A stretch of 64,000 bases of DNA from Octopus vulgaris (GCA_951406725.2 OX597841.1:15624001-15688000), one strand, 5' to 3'. Shown: positions 29,323-44,284, counted from the stretch's first letter. A program made the numbers and translations. Notes: generated by a model from the sequence alone, not told the origin.

Positions 29323-29462
29323 GGCGCGGGAATGGCTGTGTGGTAAGTAGCTTGCTAACCAACCACATGGTTCTGTGGGCAAGTGTCTTCTGCTATAGCC
29401 CCAGGCCGACCAATGCCTTGTGGGTGGATTTGGTAGACGGAAACTGAAAGAAGGCTGTCCTA

Positions 29463-29505
<43 letters not shown>

Positions 29506-29752
29506 ATATATATATGTGTGTGTGTGTGTATGTATCTTTGTGTGTCTGTGTTTGTTCCCCTAGCATTGCTTGACAACCGATGCTGGTATGTTTACGTCCC
29601 CGTCACTTAGCGGTTCGGCAAAAGAGACCGATAGAATAAGTACTGGGCTTACAAAAAGAATAAGTCCCGGGGTCGATTTGCTCGACTGGGGGCGTAGCTC
29701 CAGCATGGCCGCATTCAAATGACTGAAACAAGTAAAAGAGTAAAAGAGTAAA
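29323..29752 (+). mobile_element. SINE S1
   Basis: Head with internal deletion, body and tail. Confidence 0.9.
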
Positions 29753-30024
29753 ACGTTTTCAGATCTAAATAAAGCGGAAGTTTACAAAAATAAGCCTCAT
29801 TTTATGTCTCAATATCAGTTCTGCTTCATTTTTAAAAATATATAATTAATTTCATGGTTTATTATTCATTAGATTTTAAACAACATACACAGGGGTGTGC
29901 CGGACACTCTTGTAAGTGCTTAAGGCCTCTATAGGTCTTAATCCGGTCCTGCTACACATGGTCTGCCCTTCTCAGAACTTTGGTCCTCTGCTATAATAAT
30001 ATTTTAAGAAATGCTCTTTTTTTT

Positions 30025-30505
30025 TTCTTTTATTGCCCACAGGGGGCTAAACATAGAGGGGACAAACAAGGACAGACAAAGCTATTAACTCGAAAAAAGG
30101 CGACGAGCTGGCAGAAACGTTAGCACACCGGGCGAAATACTTAGCGGTATTTCGTCTGCCGTTACGTTCTGAGTTCAAATTCTGCCGAGGTCGACTTTGC
30201 CTTTCATCCTTTCGGGGTCGATAAATAAAGTACCAGTTACGCATTGGGGTCGATATAATTGACTTAATCCATTTGTCTGTCCTTGTATGTCCTCTCTGTG
30301 TTTGGCCACTTGTGGATAGTAAAAAAATGGGTATTAAGTCGATTACATCGACCCCAGTGCGTAACCGGTACTTTAATTTATCGACCCTGAAAGGATGAAA
30401 GGCAAAGTCGACCTCGGCGGAATTTGAACTCAGAATGTAACAGCAGACGAAATACCACTAAGCATTTCGCCCGGCGCGCTAACGTTTCTGCCAACCCGCC
30501 GCCTT
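30025..30505. mobile_element. S2 SINE cluster including an adjacent inverted pair
   Basis: + copy 30097-30333 followed by - copy 30335-30505. Confidence 0.85.
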
Positions 30506-30884
30506 GAATACGCTTTTACTCTTTTACTCGTTTCAGTCTTCTGACTGTGGCCATGCTGGAGCACCGCCGTTCACGGTGTCATAGTAAGAATCTGATCAAA
30601 GATCTTGCAATGAAGAAAAGTAGGAGAAAACCCCTTCAAATTTAAAGAAACCGGAAGTAGACAAAACTAAACCTTATTTTCCATTTTAATGTTGGTTTTG
30701 ATTCATTCTGAAAAATAAAAACTTGTTTTCAGGTTTATATTTTGAATCACATATGTGTATGGGGTCACTAAAATTCTTCTAAGCGTTTAGGGCCTCTAGG
30801 GGTCTAAATCCAGCCCTGTGTATGTATACATGGCACATTATGATATATTTTAAGGACTTTAAGGGGATCAATAGATATCACCGG

Positions 30885-32587
30885 CATCACCACCACCACC
30901 ACCACCACCACCACCACCACCATCACTAGTACCACCACTACCACCACCACCACCACTATCACCACCACCACCACTATAACTAAGACTATCACGATCACCA
31001 CCACTACCACCACCACCACCACCACTACCACCATCACCTTAACCACGGCCACCATCATCACTAACACCACCATAACCACCACCACCACCACCACCATCAC
31101 CATCACCACCATAACCACCACCACCACCACCATCACCATCACCACCATAACCACCACCACCACCACCATCACCATCACCACCATAACCACCACCACCACC
31201 ACCACCACCACCATCATCACCACCATAACCACCACAATCACCACCACCATCAGCCCCAACCCCACTACCTTTACAATCCACCCCACCACCGAATTACTCC
31301 CCGACACCCCCCACCAGCCCTCCATCCTCTCACTACCTGTTGATTAACGTTTATCTTTGAAGTAGGCAGGTGAATCTACAGCTTGTCTTCTCCCTCTCTG
31401 CCTGACGACGTCTGGTGTCGAGAATTGTAACGGGGTGGGAGGGGAGAGAGGGTAGATTAGGGAGCAGTCACGTGGTTGGTGGCGGTGTGTCTGGGTAGCA
31501 GTGTGTGCTTTGCGCACAGTAGTAGTGGTGATGGTGGTGGTGGTGGTGGTGGTGGTGGTGGTGGTGGTGGTGGTGGTGGTGGTGGTGGTGGTTATGGTGG
31601 TAGTGGTGGTGGTGGTGGTAGTGGTGGGGATAGTGATGGTAGAAGTAGTGGCGGCGGGGGTGTTGGTGGTGTTGGTGGTGGTGGTAGTGGTGGAGATGTA
31701 TGTGGTGGTGATGGTAGTGGTGATGGTCGTAGTGGTGGGTGGTGGTGGTGGTGGGGGGGGTAATGGTGGTGATGTTTGTGATGATGATGATAATGAAGAT
31801 GGTTAAGGTGGGAGGCTGATGGCGATGGTGATGGTAGTGCTAGTGTTTGTGATGATGGTGATGGTGGTGGTGATGATGACGGTGGAGGTGGTGGTGGTGG
31901 TGGTGGTGGTGGTGGTGGTGGTGGTTGTGGTGGTCGTGGTCGTGTTCATGTTTGTGGTGAAGGTAGCGATGGTGATGATGGTGGTGTAGTGGTGATGGTG
32001 GTGGAGTTGGTGGTGGTCGTAGTAGTGGTGGTGGTGGTGGTGGTGGTGGTGAAGGTTTTGATGCTGCTGGTGGTGGAGTTGGTGGTGGTCGTGGTAGTGG
32101 TACTAGTGGTGATTTTGATGGTGGTGATGATGATGGTGGTGATGATGATGGTGGTGGTGGTGGTGGTGGTTTTGGTGGTCGTAGTGATGATGCTGATCGT
32201 GGAATATGGTTGTAATAGTGATGGAGATGGTGGGGGTTTTTGGCAAATTTCAATGATTATTCTTAGGTTGTTGTTGTTGTGGTGGTGGTGGTGGTGGTGG
32301 TGGTGGTGGTGGTGGTGGTGGTGGTGGCGGTGGTAGTGTTGTAGGAGGCCAGAGGCTGATATCGTCGGGCGATGGTTGGGCCCTTCTCAGAGAATATATT
32401 CTGGAAGTTTCATTTCTTCTTGTGGCGGTGCGTGGTGGGGGTGGGGAATAGCAATCATATTTCCGATACTGACACCATCATGATGGTGATGACGATGACT
32501 ATGATGATGATGATGATGATGATGATGACTGATGATGATGATGATGATGATGATGTCGACGACGACGACGATGATTATGATGATAAC

Positions 32588-32626
<39 letters not shown>

Positions 32627-32656
32627 AATTATGGTGATAACGATGATGATGATTGC
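30885..32656. repeat. (CCA)n then (GGT)n/(GAT)n low-complexity tracts around a short unique island (31320-31500)
   Basis: Direct inspection. Confidence 0.9.
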
Positions 32657-32709
32657 TAACACGATGATCAAGGAATGTTATTCTTTCATTAATCCTTAAC
32701 AGTTAACAC

Positions 32710-32742
<33 letters not shown>

Positions 32743-32866
32743 AGTGTGTATATGGATACGTATCTATATTTGTTTCTTGGCACCCATACACCCATACACA
32801 CACACACGCACACGTACACATAGAGACATATGCAATATGTGTATGCATACATATATGTATAAATAT

Positions 32867-32944
<78 letters not shown>

Positions 32945-33046
32945 TTTATATACATATATATGCATATACATATTGCATATATATGAGTTTATGTATATGT
33001 ATATATCTGCACGTATATATGTTTATATGCATACCTATACCTCAAT

Positions 33047-33283
33047 CAAACGGGACGCCGCTTGGCTGACCGGTTCGGGGAGCACCTCCGAGACATTAGA
33101 CTCGGCAATGACACCCCGGTCACGCTCCATTTCCGCTCTATCGGTCATTCATTACCTGTCTGTGTTCGGATTGTCTTTGCACAGAGGCCATCCGGATCCC
33201 GCCTTCGCCGTGAACAGGAATTAATCTTTTCTCTTCGCTCCTTTGCTCCACGCGCGTTCAACTCCCCTACCCGCTTCATCTGA
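33047..33283 (+). pseudogene. Penelope-like element GIY-YIG endonuclease C-terminal fragment
   Basis: QTGRRLADRFGEHLRDIRLGNDTPVTLHFRSIGHS..RLRREQELIFSLRSFAPRAFN matches the PLE GQT.R.L..R..EH, HF...HS and E...I..L....P.G.N motifs. Confidence 0.8.
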
Positions 33284-33782
33284 CCCCATCTCCTCTGTCC
33301 ATCTGACAACTACTTCCTCTCTTCACTCCTACCCACCTTTCCTCTCTCTCTCTTGCTCCGACCCTTCCTCCCTTCACTCCTGCCACCTTCTTTCATTGAT
33401 ACTCTCTTCCATCTACACCCTACCCCCACACATCCCACTCCCACATATTCTACCCCTACCCCACACCTCCACTTCCACTCACACATTCGTCTGCCGCTAC
33501 GTTCTGGGTTCAAATTCCGCCGAGGTCGACTTTGCCTTTCATCCTTTCGGAGTCGATAATTTAAGTACCAGTTACGAACTAGGGTCGATATAATCGACTT
33601 AATCCGTTTGTTTGTCCTCTCTGTGTTTAGACCCTCGTGGGTAGTAAAGAAATAGATATTTCGTCTGCCGCTACGTTCTGAGTTCAAATTCGACTTTGCC
33701 TTTCATCCTTTCGGGGTCGATAAAATAAGTACCACACATATACACACATACACATATAAACACACACACATATATATAGATG

Positions 33783-33870
<88 letters not shown>

Positions 33871-34390
33871 TGTGTGTGTGTGCAAATATATGACGTTTGT
33901 CTGTCCTTGTTTGTCCCCTCTGTGTTTAGCCCCTTGTAGGTAGTAAAGAAATAGGTATTTCGACTGCTGCTACGTTCTGAGTTCAAATTCCTCCGTGGTC
34001 GAATTTACCATTGTTTTTTTTTTCTTCTTTCGGATGAAATAATATTATATGGGTGTATAAAAATTATACACAAATTTAATATAATATTTGCAGTCTACGG
34101 ATATTTTTACTCACGCTGGCCACTGGTGTGACGCAGGGCCGTTGCGGCATTACTCGTTTGTTAATAAGCTGAGTGGGCAGGAACAACGTAAGGTGAAGTG
34201 TTTTACTCAAGAGCACGATGCATGGGCCAGTGCAGGAATCGAAACCACAACTTTACGATCGTGAGTCCAACACCCTAACCGCTAAGCCATGCAAATCTGC
34301 ACCAAAACCAAATGCTTTATAATTGCTGCTTATCTCGGCAGTTACAGCCGATCTAGCTGCTGCTGGTGCTGCGGTCACTGATGCTGCTGT

Positions 34391-34443
<53 letters not shown>

Positions 34444-34569
34444 TTGTTGTCGGAGGATCGCCGTTTCGATTCCCAGACCAGGCGTTGTGTGTGTTTATTG
34501 AGCGAATACCGCCTCTCCTCTCCACACCATTATATGTACATGGGGTAAAGACCCCCTTTGGTCATGAAT

Positions 34570-35288
34570 GACCATATGATTGAGCGAACGGTCTTCGTCC
34601 CAGAGCTCGCAAACTGGGAGAAGTCCGGTACGTGGTCCTTTGCTATTCGTAAGACCCGCAGAAGAGAAAGCAGGTCAACCCCCGACACCGAGAGCATCGA
34701 CGGATGGATGAATGCGCATCCAAGATCAGCGGTCGCGTAGGAAGTCGGGGACAAGAAACAGTGAAAGAAAGAGTGAGAGAAAGTTGGGGCGAAAGAGTAC
34801 AACAGGGGTCACCCCCCCCCCCACTGCTGAGCCTCGTGGAGCTTTAGGTGTTTTCGCTCAATAAACACCCTCAACGCCCGGTCTGGGAATCGAAACTGAG
34901 ATCCTCCGACCGCGAGTCCGCTGCCCTAACCATTGGGCCATTGCGCCTCCACTTGATGCTGGAGCGAAAGAGTACAACAGGGGTCGCCACCATCTCCTGC
35001 CGGAGCCTCGTGGAGCTTTTAGGTATTTTCGCTCAATAAACACACACAACGCCCGGTCTGGGAATCGAAACTGAGATCCTCCGACCGCGAGTCCGCTGCC
35101 CTAACCATTGGGCCATTGCGCCCCCACTTGATGCTGGAGCGAAAGATTACAACAGGGGTCGCCACCATCCCCTGCCGGAGCCTCGTGGAGCTTTTAGGTG
35201 TTTTCGCTCAATAGACACACAAAACGCCCGGTCTGGGAATCGAAACCGCGAGTCCGCTGCCCTAACCATTGGGCCATTGCGCCTCCAC
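34570..35288 (-). mobile_element. S3 SINE with its 5' part in three 175-bp tandem units
   Basis: GCGAAAGA(G/T)TACAACAGGGG recurs at 34789, 34964 and 35139. Confidence 0.85.
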
Positions 35289-35742
35289 TGCTGCTGCTGC
35301 TGTTGTTGTTGTTGTTGTCGTTGAAGTTGTCTGCCCTCCTTGTTGTCATCGCTGCCAACGCTTTTCTTTTACTTTTTGGGGGGGATTTTCTTTTTCTTTT
35401 TTTTTTTTTTTTTCAAAAGCCAGATAATCTCTAAAACCGGAAACATCTTGTACTCACATTCCATCAATGACAGCCATCACGTCAGCTGGTTGTAACAGTG
35501 ACAGATAACAATGGTGGATTTTTGAGACAGTGGTGAGGCGGGGGCGGGGGAGGGGGGAGAATAGGGGTGGACCGAGAGCAGAGGAGAGAGAGAGGTGGAG
35601 ATTGGGGTCGGGAACCGCAGGGGGTGCTGGCTAGACGGGTGCTGGACGGATGCTCGTTTCGTGTCACCTTACCGGACATTGCATGGTGAATATACATATC
35701 CGCCCTTTTATTAATATCATCATTATTATTATTATTATTATT

Positions 35743-36288
35743 GAGTGAGAGAGCAGTGCATGCCATCAAAGTGACACTGGGGTAAAATATACGAAGCCCA
35801 GTATACCCATCATGACTACCCGTCTGATAAAGGTACACCAGGCACATGCATCACAACCATATGTGCGCGACATGGTGATCTCATATCAAGATAAACAGCA
35901 CATGACCTTGCAGGTGGGGCCCAGTTAGAATTTTCTTCAGGTTGAGTAGCCCATCCCGCTCAAACGGTCCCTGAATAAGGGTTGTTTAAGGATGTTGAAA
36001 GAACCACCCATGTTTCCAGAGGTGAACTATTCAAACCCCAAAGAATCCCTCTCAACACATGGCTATGATGCTCCCCCACTACTTCTGCTCGTGATCAGAG
36101 ATGCACATATCGTCAGCCACTAAGGGACATGCTCAACTGGTTAAGGTCAAACAACTGACAAGCAAATCTGTGGTATTGAGCAGAATATTTGCTGTAGCCC
36201 ATCTTTTATACCAAGACAAAACAATGTACATGATAACACTTCCAATCAGTTAAGATCAGAAGCCATGTGAGCCACTGCCTGGTACTGC
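35743..36288 (-). mobile_element. Element A, most complete copy (~545 bp), inside (TAA)n
   Basis: Flanked by (TTA)n on both sides; no ORF; no tRNA head seen. Confidence 0.8.
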
Positions 36289-36352
<64 letters not shown>

Positions 36353-36487
36353 GTAGAGGAGCAATGGCCCAGTGTTTCGGGCAGTGGACTCACGGTCGGA
36401 GGATCGCCGTTTCGATTCCCAGACCGGGCGTTGTGTGTGTTTATTGAGCGAATACCGCCACCCCTCTCCACACCCTTATATGTACAT

Positions 36488-36810
36488 AGGGTAAAGGGTA
36501 AAGACCCCCTTCGGTTAAGAATGCCCACCTAGAATGTTCCGCTCCGAGGCATAAGTCAAGGTAAGGTTGTTTATGGAAGGCCAGCAGTTGCCCATGCATC
36601 ATCTTCGTGCCACTGATGTTATCCAAGGGAAGGGCAAAGGGGCCGATACCGCTTGGCACCAGTGACGTCACAACTCATTTCTACAGCTGAGAGAACTGAA
36701 ATGTGAAATAAAGTGTCTTGCTCAAGAACACAACACACAGCCCGGTCCTGGAATCGAACTCACTACTTCATGATTGTGAGCCCAACACTCCAACCACTGA
36801 CCCATGCGTG
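36488..36810 (-). mobile_element. SINE S4
   Basis: Reverse-complement match to 24631-24962. Confidence 0.8.
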
Positions 36811-36839
36811 TTTACTCGTATTCGCTATATGTGTGTGTG

Positions 36840-36899
<60 letters not shown>

Positions 36900-37586
36900 A
36901 CCACCGCTTGACAACCGGTGCTGGTGGGTTTACGTACCCGTAACATAGCGGTTTGCCAAAAGAGTCCGACAGAATACCAGGCTTAGCTAAAGAAAAAGCA
37001 AGCACTGGGAATCGATTCATTCGGTCGAGAATTCTTCGAGGGCGGTGCCCCAGCATGGCCGCAGCCTAATGACTGAAACGTGTTAAAGTTGAGAAATAAA
37101 AAGAAAATACATTTGGTGACACAATGTCACGTGGATACAGAAAGGAAAAAAAAAAGAAAAGAGAAAAGTAACGAGAAGCGGCGTCGACGGAATTCGATCC
37201 TGGATGTGAAAAAGTTACAAGACCTACGTCCAGAACCACACAGCCACGGACTCAGAAATTCCAAACCGACAGGTGTGTGTATATATATATACAGGTTAAG
37301 TGTAGGTGTGGGTATGAAGTTTCCACGTAACGCTTTAATCCTCCGCAGTTAAGTAGGGGTGTGTGAGATTTTGTAAGAAGAGGGGATGGCCGGACGGGTG
37401 GCCACGACATAAGGAGAGCGATGGGGGTGGGAGGTGGGAGGGGGGGGGGCCGCGATGCCAACGGAGTGCGACAGGTGGAAACTTAGATATCTCTGGGTGC
37501 GCGTGGTCTTATTCGTGTTGTCGCAGTTGTTGTTTCCTATTTTGCATACACACACACACACACACACGCATGTCTATATGCGCATA

Positions 37587-37634
<48 letters not shown>

Positions 37635-37713
37635 CACATACACAGACAGATGCATACACATACATGCAAACACATACATATACACGTACACACATCAATG
37701 CATACACACACAC

Positions 37714-37911
<198 letters not shown>

Positions 37912-38175
37912 ATATGCATCGATGTGTGTACGTGTATATGTATGTGTTTGCATCTGTCTGTGTATGTGTATGTATATATATATATATATATATATATAAA
38001 TGGCGGTGTCCCATCATGGTCACAGCTCGTGAGCTGAAACTAGATAAAATAAAATAAAAAATAAATATATATATATATATACACACCTATGTGTATACAT
38101 GTGCGGGTATGATATAACTTCGTCTGTTTGTCTGTCTGTGTGTCTGTCTATCTATCTATTTATCTATCTATCAAC

Positions 38176-38235
<60 letters not shown>

Positions 38236-38363
38236 ATATATATTGTTATATTTCGGAATGGTCATTTTGCCAGTTTAGCCAATAAAAACACACGCACTAT
38301 ATATTTGGTGTTATTTTGCTTCAGTGTTATTTGTTTTTTACATTAATCTTAATCTTATTTCGG

Positions 38364-38423
<60 letters not shown>

Positions 38424-38481
38424 GTATATATATATATATACGTATATATACATACTTAAATCTATACGTATATGTATATAC

Positions 38482-38527
<46 letters not shown>

Positions 38528-38531
<4 letters not shown>

Positions 38532-38800
38532 TATGTGGGCACAGGACGTCATGAAATATGTACAACAAAAAATACGAAGCACCAATACATGGAACATGAA
38601 CTATTCTTTCGAACAACGAAAGACACAAATGGAAAATAAAACAAACAACATTAAGTTGTTGGCTGTTTCTCTAGTCTCGTATTTCGAGCATTTACCAACA
38701 ATACACGCTTTCGATAAAAAAAATTTGTTCCCGCAAAGCAAATTAAATAAAATTTGGGATTTTGCTGAGGGTCAAAATTGGTAACACAAACAGAAATGTG
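38528..38800 (-). mobile_element. Relative of the 17322-17650 element with a decayed permuted HHR (38658-38705)
   Basis: UGUAU-U-GUUGGU..UGCUC-GAA-AUACG..GCCAAC; CUGANGA absent; shares AATTAAATAAAATT..TTTTGC with 17542-17562. Confidence 0.5.
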
Positions 38801-39081
38801 AAAACAAACAGTAAGGGCTACTAAGCCTAAATGAGGTTGTGGTGGCAAATGCGTAAATGAAGCTTGGACAGGAGACAAACAAGAACACGTCTTCCTTGAT
38901 CCTGCTACAACGGAAAGAAAGAAAAAATACAAGTTAGGAGAAGAAAGAAAGATGGCCGATGGTCACGTTGGTGCAACGTGGGCAAGGGAGGAGAAGAGGG
39001 AGAGAGGGTGACAGAGTAATAGGATAGAATAATTGGAGAAGAGGAGGTAAAAGGATCAGAGATGGAACGTATATATATATA

Positions 39082-39590
39082 GGCGCAGGCGTGGCTGTAT
39101 GATAAGAAGTTTGTTTTCCAATCACATGGTTCCGAGTTCAGTCCCGCTGCTCGGCAACTGATGCAAGTGTCTGCTACTATAGCCTTCGGCCGACCAAAGC
39201 CTGGGCATTGGATTTGGTAGACGGAACAGGATTTGGTACACACATACATGCACATATATATACATATATAAAGATATACATTCATATATACAAAACCTTC
39301 ATATAGACATATAGATATACATACATATATATATACACACACATATTTATACATACATATAAATATACACATATATACATATATATACATATATGTGTGT
39401 GTGTGTGTGTCTGTGTGTGTGTGTGTGTGTGTTTGTCCTCCCACCATCGCTTTACAAGCGATAAGATAGCGGTTCGGCAAAAGAACTCGATAGACTAAGT
39501 ACCAAGCTTAGAAAGAATGAGTCCTGGGGTCGATTTGTTCGACTAAAGGTGGCGCTCCAGCATGGCCGCAGTCAAGTTAGCCGAAATATA
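39082..39590 (+). mobile_element. Diverged SINE S1
   Basis: Head, expanded microsatellite and tail. Confidence 0.8.
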
Positions 39591-40557
39591 TAAATGAATG
39601 AAAGAATATATATGTGTGTGTGTGTGTGTGTATTGTGCGTATGTGTATGTATATGTGTGTGTGTGTGAGTACGTATGTCTATATGTGTATGTATGTGTGT
39701 ATGCATGTATGTACGTGTGTATATATGTGTGTATGTGTGTATGCATTATGTGTGTGTATGTGTGAGTGTGTATATATGTGTGCGAGTGTGTATGTATATA
39801 TGTATGTATATTTGTATGTATGTGTGAGTGAATAGAAGTCTGTATGTATGCATATACGTTTATGCATGCGTGTGTGTGCGCGCACCCGGCGTGTGCGTGT
39901 GTGTGCATCTACGCATGACCAGGTAAATAGATAGAGAGTTAGTTCGATAAGTAGGTAGGTCGATATGTAAGTAGGTAGTTGGGGTATGTATGTCAGGGAG
40001 GGTGGAAACGAATTATAAGCTGAAGGAGGGCGTCGGGTGGCTGATGATCGGGTGGCTGGGTGTGAGTAGCCTTGATTAATTACCCTCAGGCATATGGCCT
40101 GACTTTGAATCTACCCGGCAATGAAGAAACACGTACTTGAGCAAACAAACAATAACGGGGTGGATGCCTGCCTTTGAAAGCGGGTAGCTTTTAGTAGGTT
40201 GTTGAGGGGTGAGTGAGGAGTGAAAATGGGGGTAGGGGACGGTTAGGCTAACGGTTTGATGTTTAGTTAGGTAGATAGGAAAAGAAAGCGGCGCGTGGGG
40301 GACAAGTAGGGTATGAATGGGGTAGATTGTCAGCGGGATGGATAAATTGATAGGTGATCGCGTGGAGTGGGGTACTGGGGTGTTGAAGGGAGTTTAGTAG
40401 TAGAGGTGGTGGTGGTGGTGGGGTGATGGGGGTACATAATGGGTGAGATACGGGTAGTTCTGTTGGATGAGTTTGATTACAAAGAGACATTGATGTAGAG
40501 TATTGGTTATGAAGGGGGTGGGTATATGAATGCGTGTATACATGGTGTGCATGTATG

Positions 40558-40588
<31 letters not shown>

Positions 40589-40856
40589 GCTCAGGCGTGG
40601 TTGTGCGGTAAGAAACTTCCCAACCACATGGTTCTGGGTTCAGGCCCACCGCATGGCACCTTGAACAAGTGTCTTCAATTATAGCTTCGGGCCCATCAAA
40701 GCTTTGTGAGTGGATTTGGTAGACGAAAACTGAAGGAAACCCGTCGTATAGAAACACACACACACATATAGACATATAAAAATATACATATATACATACA
40801 TACATATACATACATATACATACATATATATGTATATATATATATGTATATATGTA

Positions 40857-40899
<43 letters not shown>

Positions 40900-40960
40900 A
40901 TATATATATGTGTATATATATATATATATATGCATATATATACACATATCTATCTATCAA

Positions 40961-41014
<54 letters not shown>

Positions 41015-41071
41015 GACAGATGGATAGGTACTTTCTTTACTCTCTTTTACTCCTTTACTTATTTCAGCCGA

Positions 41072-41166
41072 GTAAACGTGTGGAGACAGCCAAAAGAAGC
41101 ATTTGACCCAGACTGCATTCTTCCAACTGTAAAACATGGAAGAGGATTTGTGATGATCTCGGGTTG
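41072..41166 (+). pseudogene. Tc1-like transposase fragment
   Basis: [31 protein letters not shown] resembles Tc1 VWR...PTVKHGGGSVMVWG. Confidence 0.75.
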
Positions 41167-41174
41167 GGGGCTAT

Positions 41175-41668
41175 GTCAGACGAAATACCTATTTTTTACT
41201 ACCCACAAGGGGCTAAACACAGAGGGGACAAACAAGGACAGACAAACGGATTAAGTCGATTATATCGACCTCATTGCGTAACTGGTACTTATTAAAGGCG
41301 GCGAGCTGGCAGACACGTTAGCACGCCGGGCGAAATGCTTAGCGGTATTCCGTCTGTCGTTACGTTGAGAGTTCAAATTCCGCCGAGGTCGAATTTGCCT
41401 TTCATCCTTTCGGAGTCGATTAAATAAGTACCAGTTATGCACCGGGGTCGATGTAATAGACTTAATACCTAGGTATGTCCTTGTTTGTCCCCTCTGTGTT
41501 TAGCCCCTTGTGGGTAATAACGAAACAGGTACTTATTTAATCGACCCCGAAAGGATGAAAGGCAAAGTCGACCTCGGCGGGATTTGAACTCAGAACGTAA
41601 CGGCAGACGAAATACCGATAAGGATTTCGCCCGGCGTGCTAACCACTCTGCCAACTCGCCCGCCTTAG
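41175..41668. mobile_element. S2 SINE cluster (-/+/-)
   Basis: S2 consensus matches in alternating orientation. Confidence 0.85.
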
Positions 41669-41722
41669 GTCAATAAAATATGAGTGAGAGAAAGGCACGT
41701 GTGTTAATCCATTACAGTGCGT

Positions 41723-41781
<59 letters not shown>

Positions 41782-41814
41782 TGTGTGTGTGTGTCTGTAC
41801 GTGTGTGTATGTGT

Positions 41815-41897
<83 letters not shown>

Positions 41898-41905
41898 TGT
41901 GTGTT

Positions 41906-42070
<165 letters not shown>

Positions 42071-42475
42071 GTGTGTGTCTGTACGTGTGTGTGTGTGTGT
42101 GTGTGTGTGACTGTCTGTGCGGAAGGAAAGCTGGGGTGAAAAGCCACCTGTCTGCACATGATTGTGCAGTATTCAATAATGCAATTGCACTCTTTCGGCC
42201 TGAAATTGCAATCTATACTCAAATGATATGCATGGATGGATGGCTGAACGTCTGCGTGTGTGTGTGTATATGTATGTATGCATGTATGTATGCATGCATG
42301 TATGTATGTATGTATGTATGTATGTATGTATATATATGTGTATATATATATATATGTATGTATGCATGCATGTATGTATGTATGTATGTATGTATGTATG
42401 TATGTATGTATGTATGTATGTATGTATACATGTATGTATATATGTACGTATGTGTGTGTGTATATGTATGTATGT

Positions 42476-43020
42476 CAATATTCAGTTTTATTTCAAGATT
42501 TCTTGCCAATAAAGAAAGAGCTGGTTTCTAACCTAGACCCAAGGTTCCTTCATTGGAATTTCAACATCAACAACAGTGTATTTTGGTGCGTATGTATGCG
42601 TATGTGTATGAATGTGTGTATATGTACAGATTTGTGTGTTATGTTTTATGTATGTATTCTCATGCATATAGCTACATATCTAGACATTATCATATATATT
42701 GAAATGATAAACTTCTGGAAAGTTTTACAGATTTTTACAGTTCCAGCGATTGATTGGAACTATAGTCTTCGAATCACCTTTCTCCTTTCTGGTTTTGAGA
42801 AGCCTAATTTTTCACGATTGCTATTTAGGCAGTGTGTTACATATCCCAGGGCCCCAATAATTACAGGTATAAAACTGATATTGTAATCTGGATAAAGTAA
42901 CGGCAGAACTCTCAATGGTTCAGCATAGGTGTTCTCTTTTTCACTGATCTTCAGCTTTATGCTAACATCCGCCGGGCAGCTAATTTCCACAACTGTGCAC
43001 AGTTTCTCTTCTCAATCCTA
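42476..43020 (-). mobile_element. 3' end of a restriction-like-endonuclease LINE inside (ATAC)n
   Basis: VVEISCPADVSIKLKISEKENTY..FIPVIIGALG..GTVKICKTF; (TATG)n on both sides. Confidence 0.8.
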
Positions 43021-43044
43021 AATCATAACAGGTCTGTCTGTCTG

Positions 43045-43459
43045 TCTATATGTATATATGAATGTATTTATGTATGTATGTATGTATGTATGTATGTATG
43101 TATGTATGTATGTATGTATGTATGTATGTATGTATGTATATATGTATGTATGAATGTATGTATGTATGTATGAATGTACTATGTATGTATGTATGTATGT
43201 ATGTATGTGTGTATGTATGTATGTATGTATGTATGTATGTATGTATGTATGCATGCATGTATGTATGTATGAATGTATGTATGTATGTATGAATGTATGT
43301 ATGTACGTACGTATGTATGTATGTATGTATATATGTATGTATGTCTGTATGTATGTATGTATGTATGTATGTATGTATGTATGTATGTATGTATGTATGT
43401 ATGTATGTATATATGTATGTATGTATGAATGTATGTATGTATGAATGTATGTATGTATG

Positions 43460-43493
<34 letters not shown>

Positions 43494-43555
43494 TGTATGA
43501 ATGTATGTATGTATGTATGAATGTATGTATGTATGTATGAATGTATGTATGAATG

Positions 43556-43589
<34 letters not shown>

Positions 43590-43763
43590 TGTATGTATGT
43601 ATGTATGTATGTATGTATGTATGTATGTATGTATGTATGTATGTATGTATGTATGTATGTATGTATGTATGTATGTATGTATGTATGTATGTATGTATGT
43701 ATGTATGTGTGCATGTGTGTGTGTATGTATGTATGTATTCATGTATGTATGTATGAATGTATG

Positions 43764-43797
<34 letters not shown>

Positions 43798-44070
43798 TGT
43801 ATGTATGTATGTATGTATGTATGTATGTATGTATGTATGTATGTATGTATGTATATATGTATATATGTATGTATGTATGTATGTATGTGTGTATGTATGT
43901 ATGTATGTATGTATGTATGTATGTATGTATGTATGTATGTATGTATGTATGAATGTATGTATATATGTATGTATGTATGTATGTATGAATGTATGTATGT
44001 ATGTATGTATGTATGTATGTATGTATGTGTGTATGTATGAAGGAATGAATGTATGATAGAGTGTATGTAT
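43045..44070. repeat. ~1-kb (TATG)n microsatellite
   Basis: Direct inspection. Confidence 0.97.
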
Positions 44071-44284
44071 GTGTGTGCGTGTATAATGCGTTCAATTGTG
44101 TTTCTATCCGGATTCTTATCGTGCCACTTAACGTCTCGTAACGTAGCGGTTCAATAATAGTGGTCGATGAAATAATTGCCAGACCGAAATAGTGACAGGG
44201 ATTGGTTGTTATCGACCAAACACGTCAATAAATTCACACACACACACACACACACACTCTTACACACACACAACACATTTGCAC

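Noticed and set aside
29884-30823. hAT-like MITE bounded by CATACACAGGG / CCCTGTGTATG
   Set aside because: Only an 11-bp inverted match, partly microsatellite-like, and no TSD found
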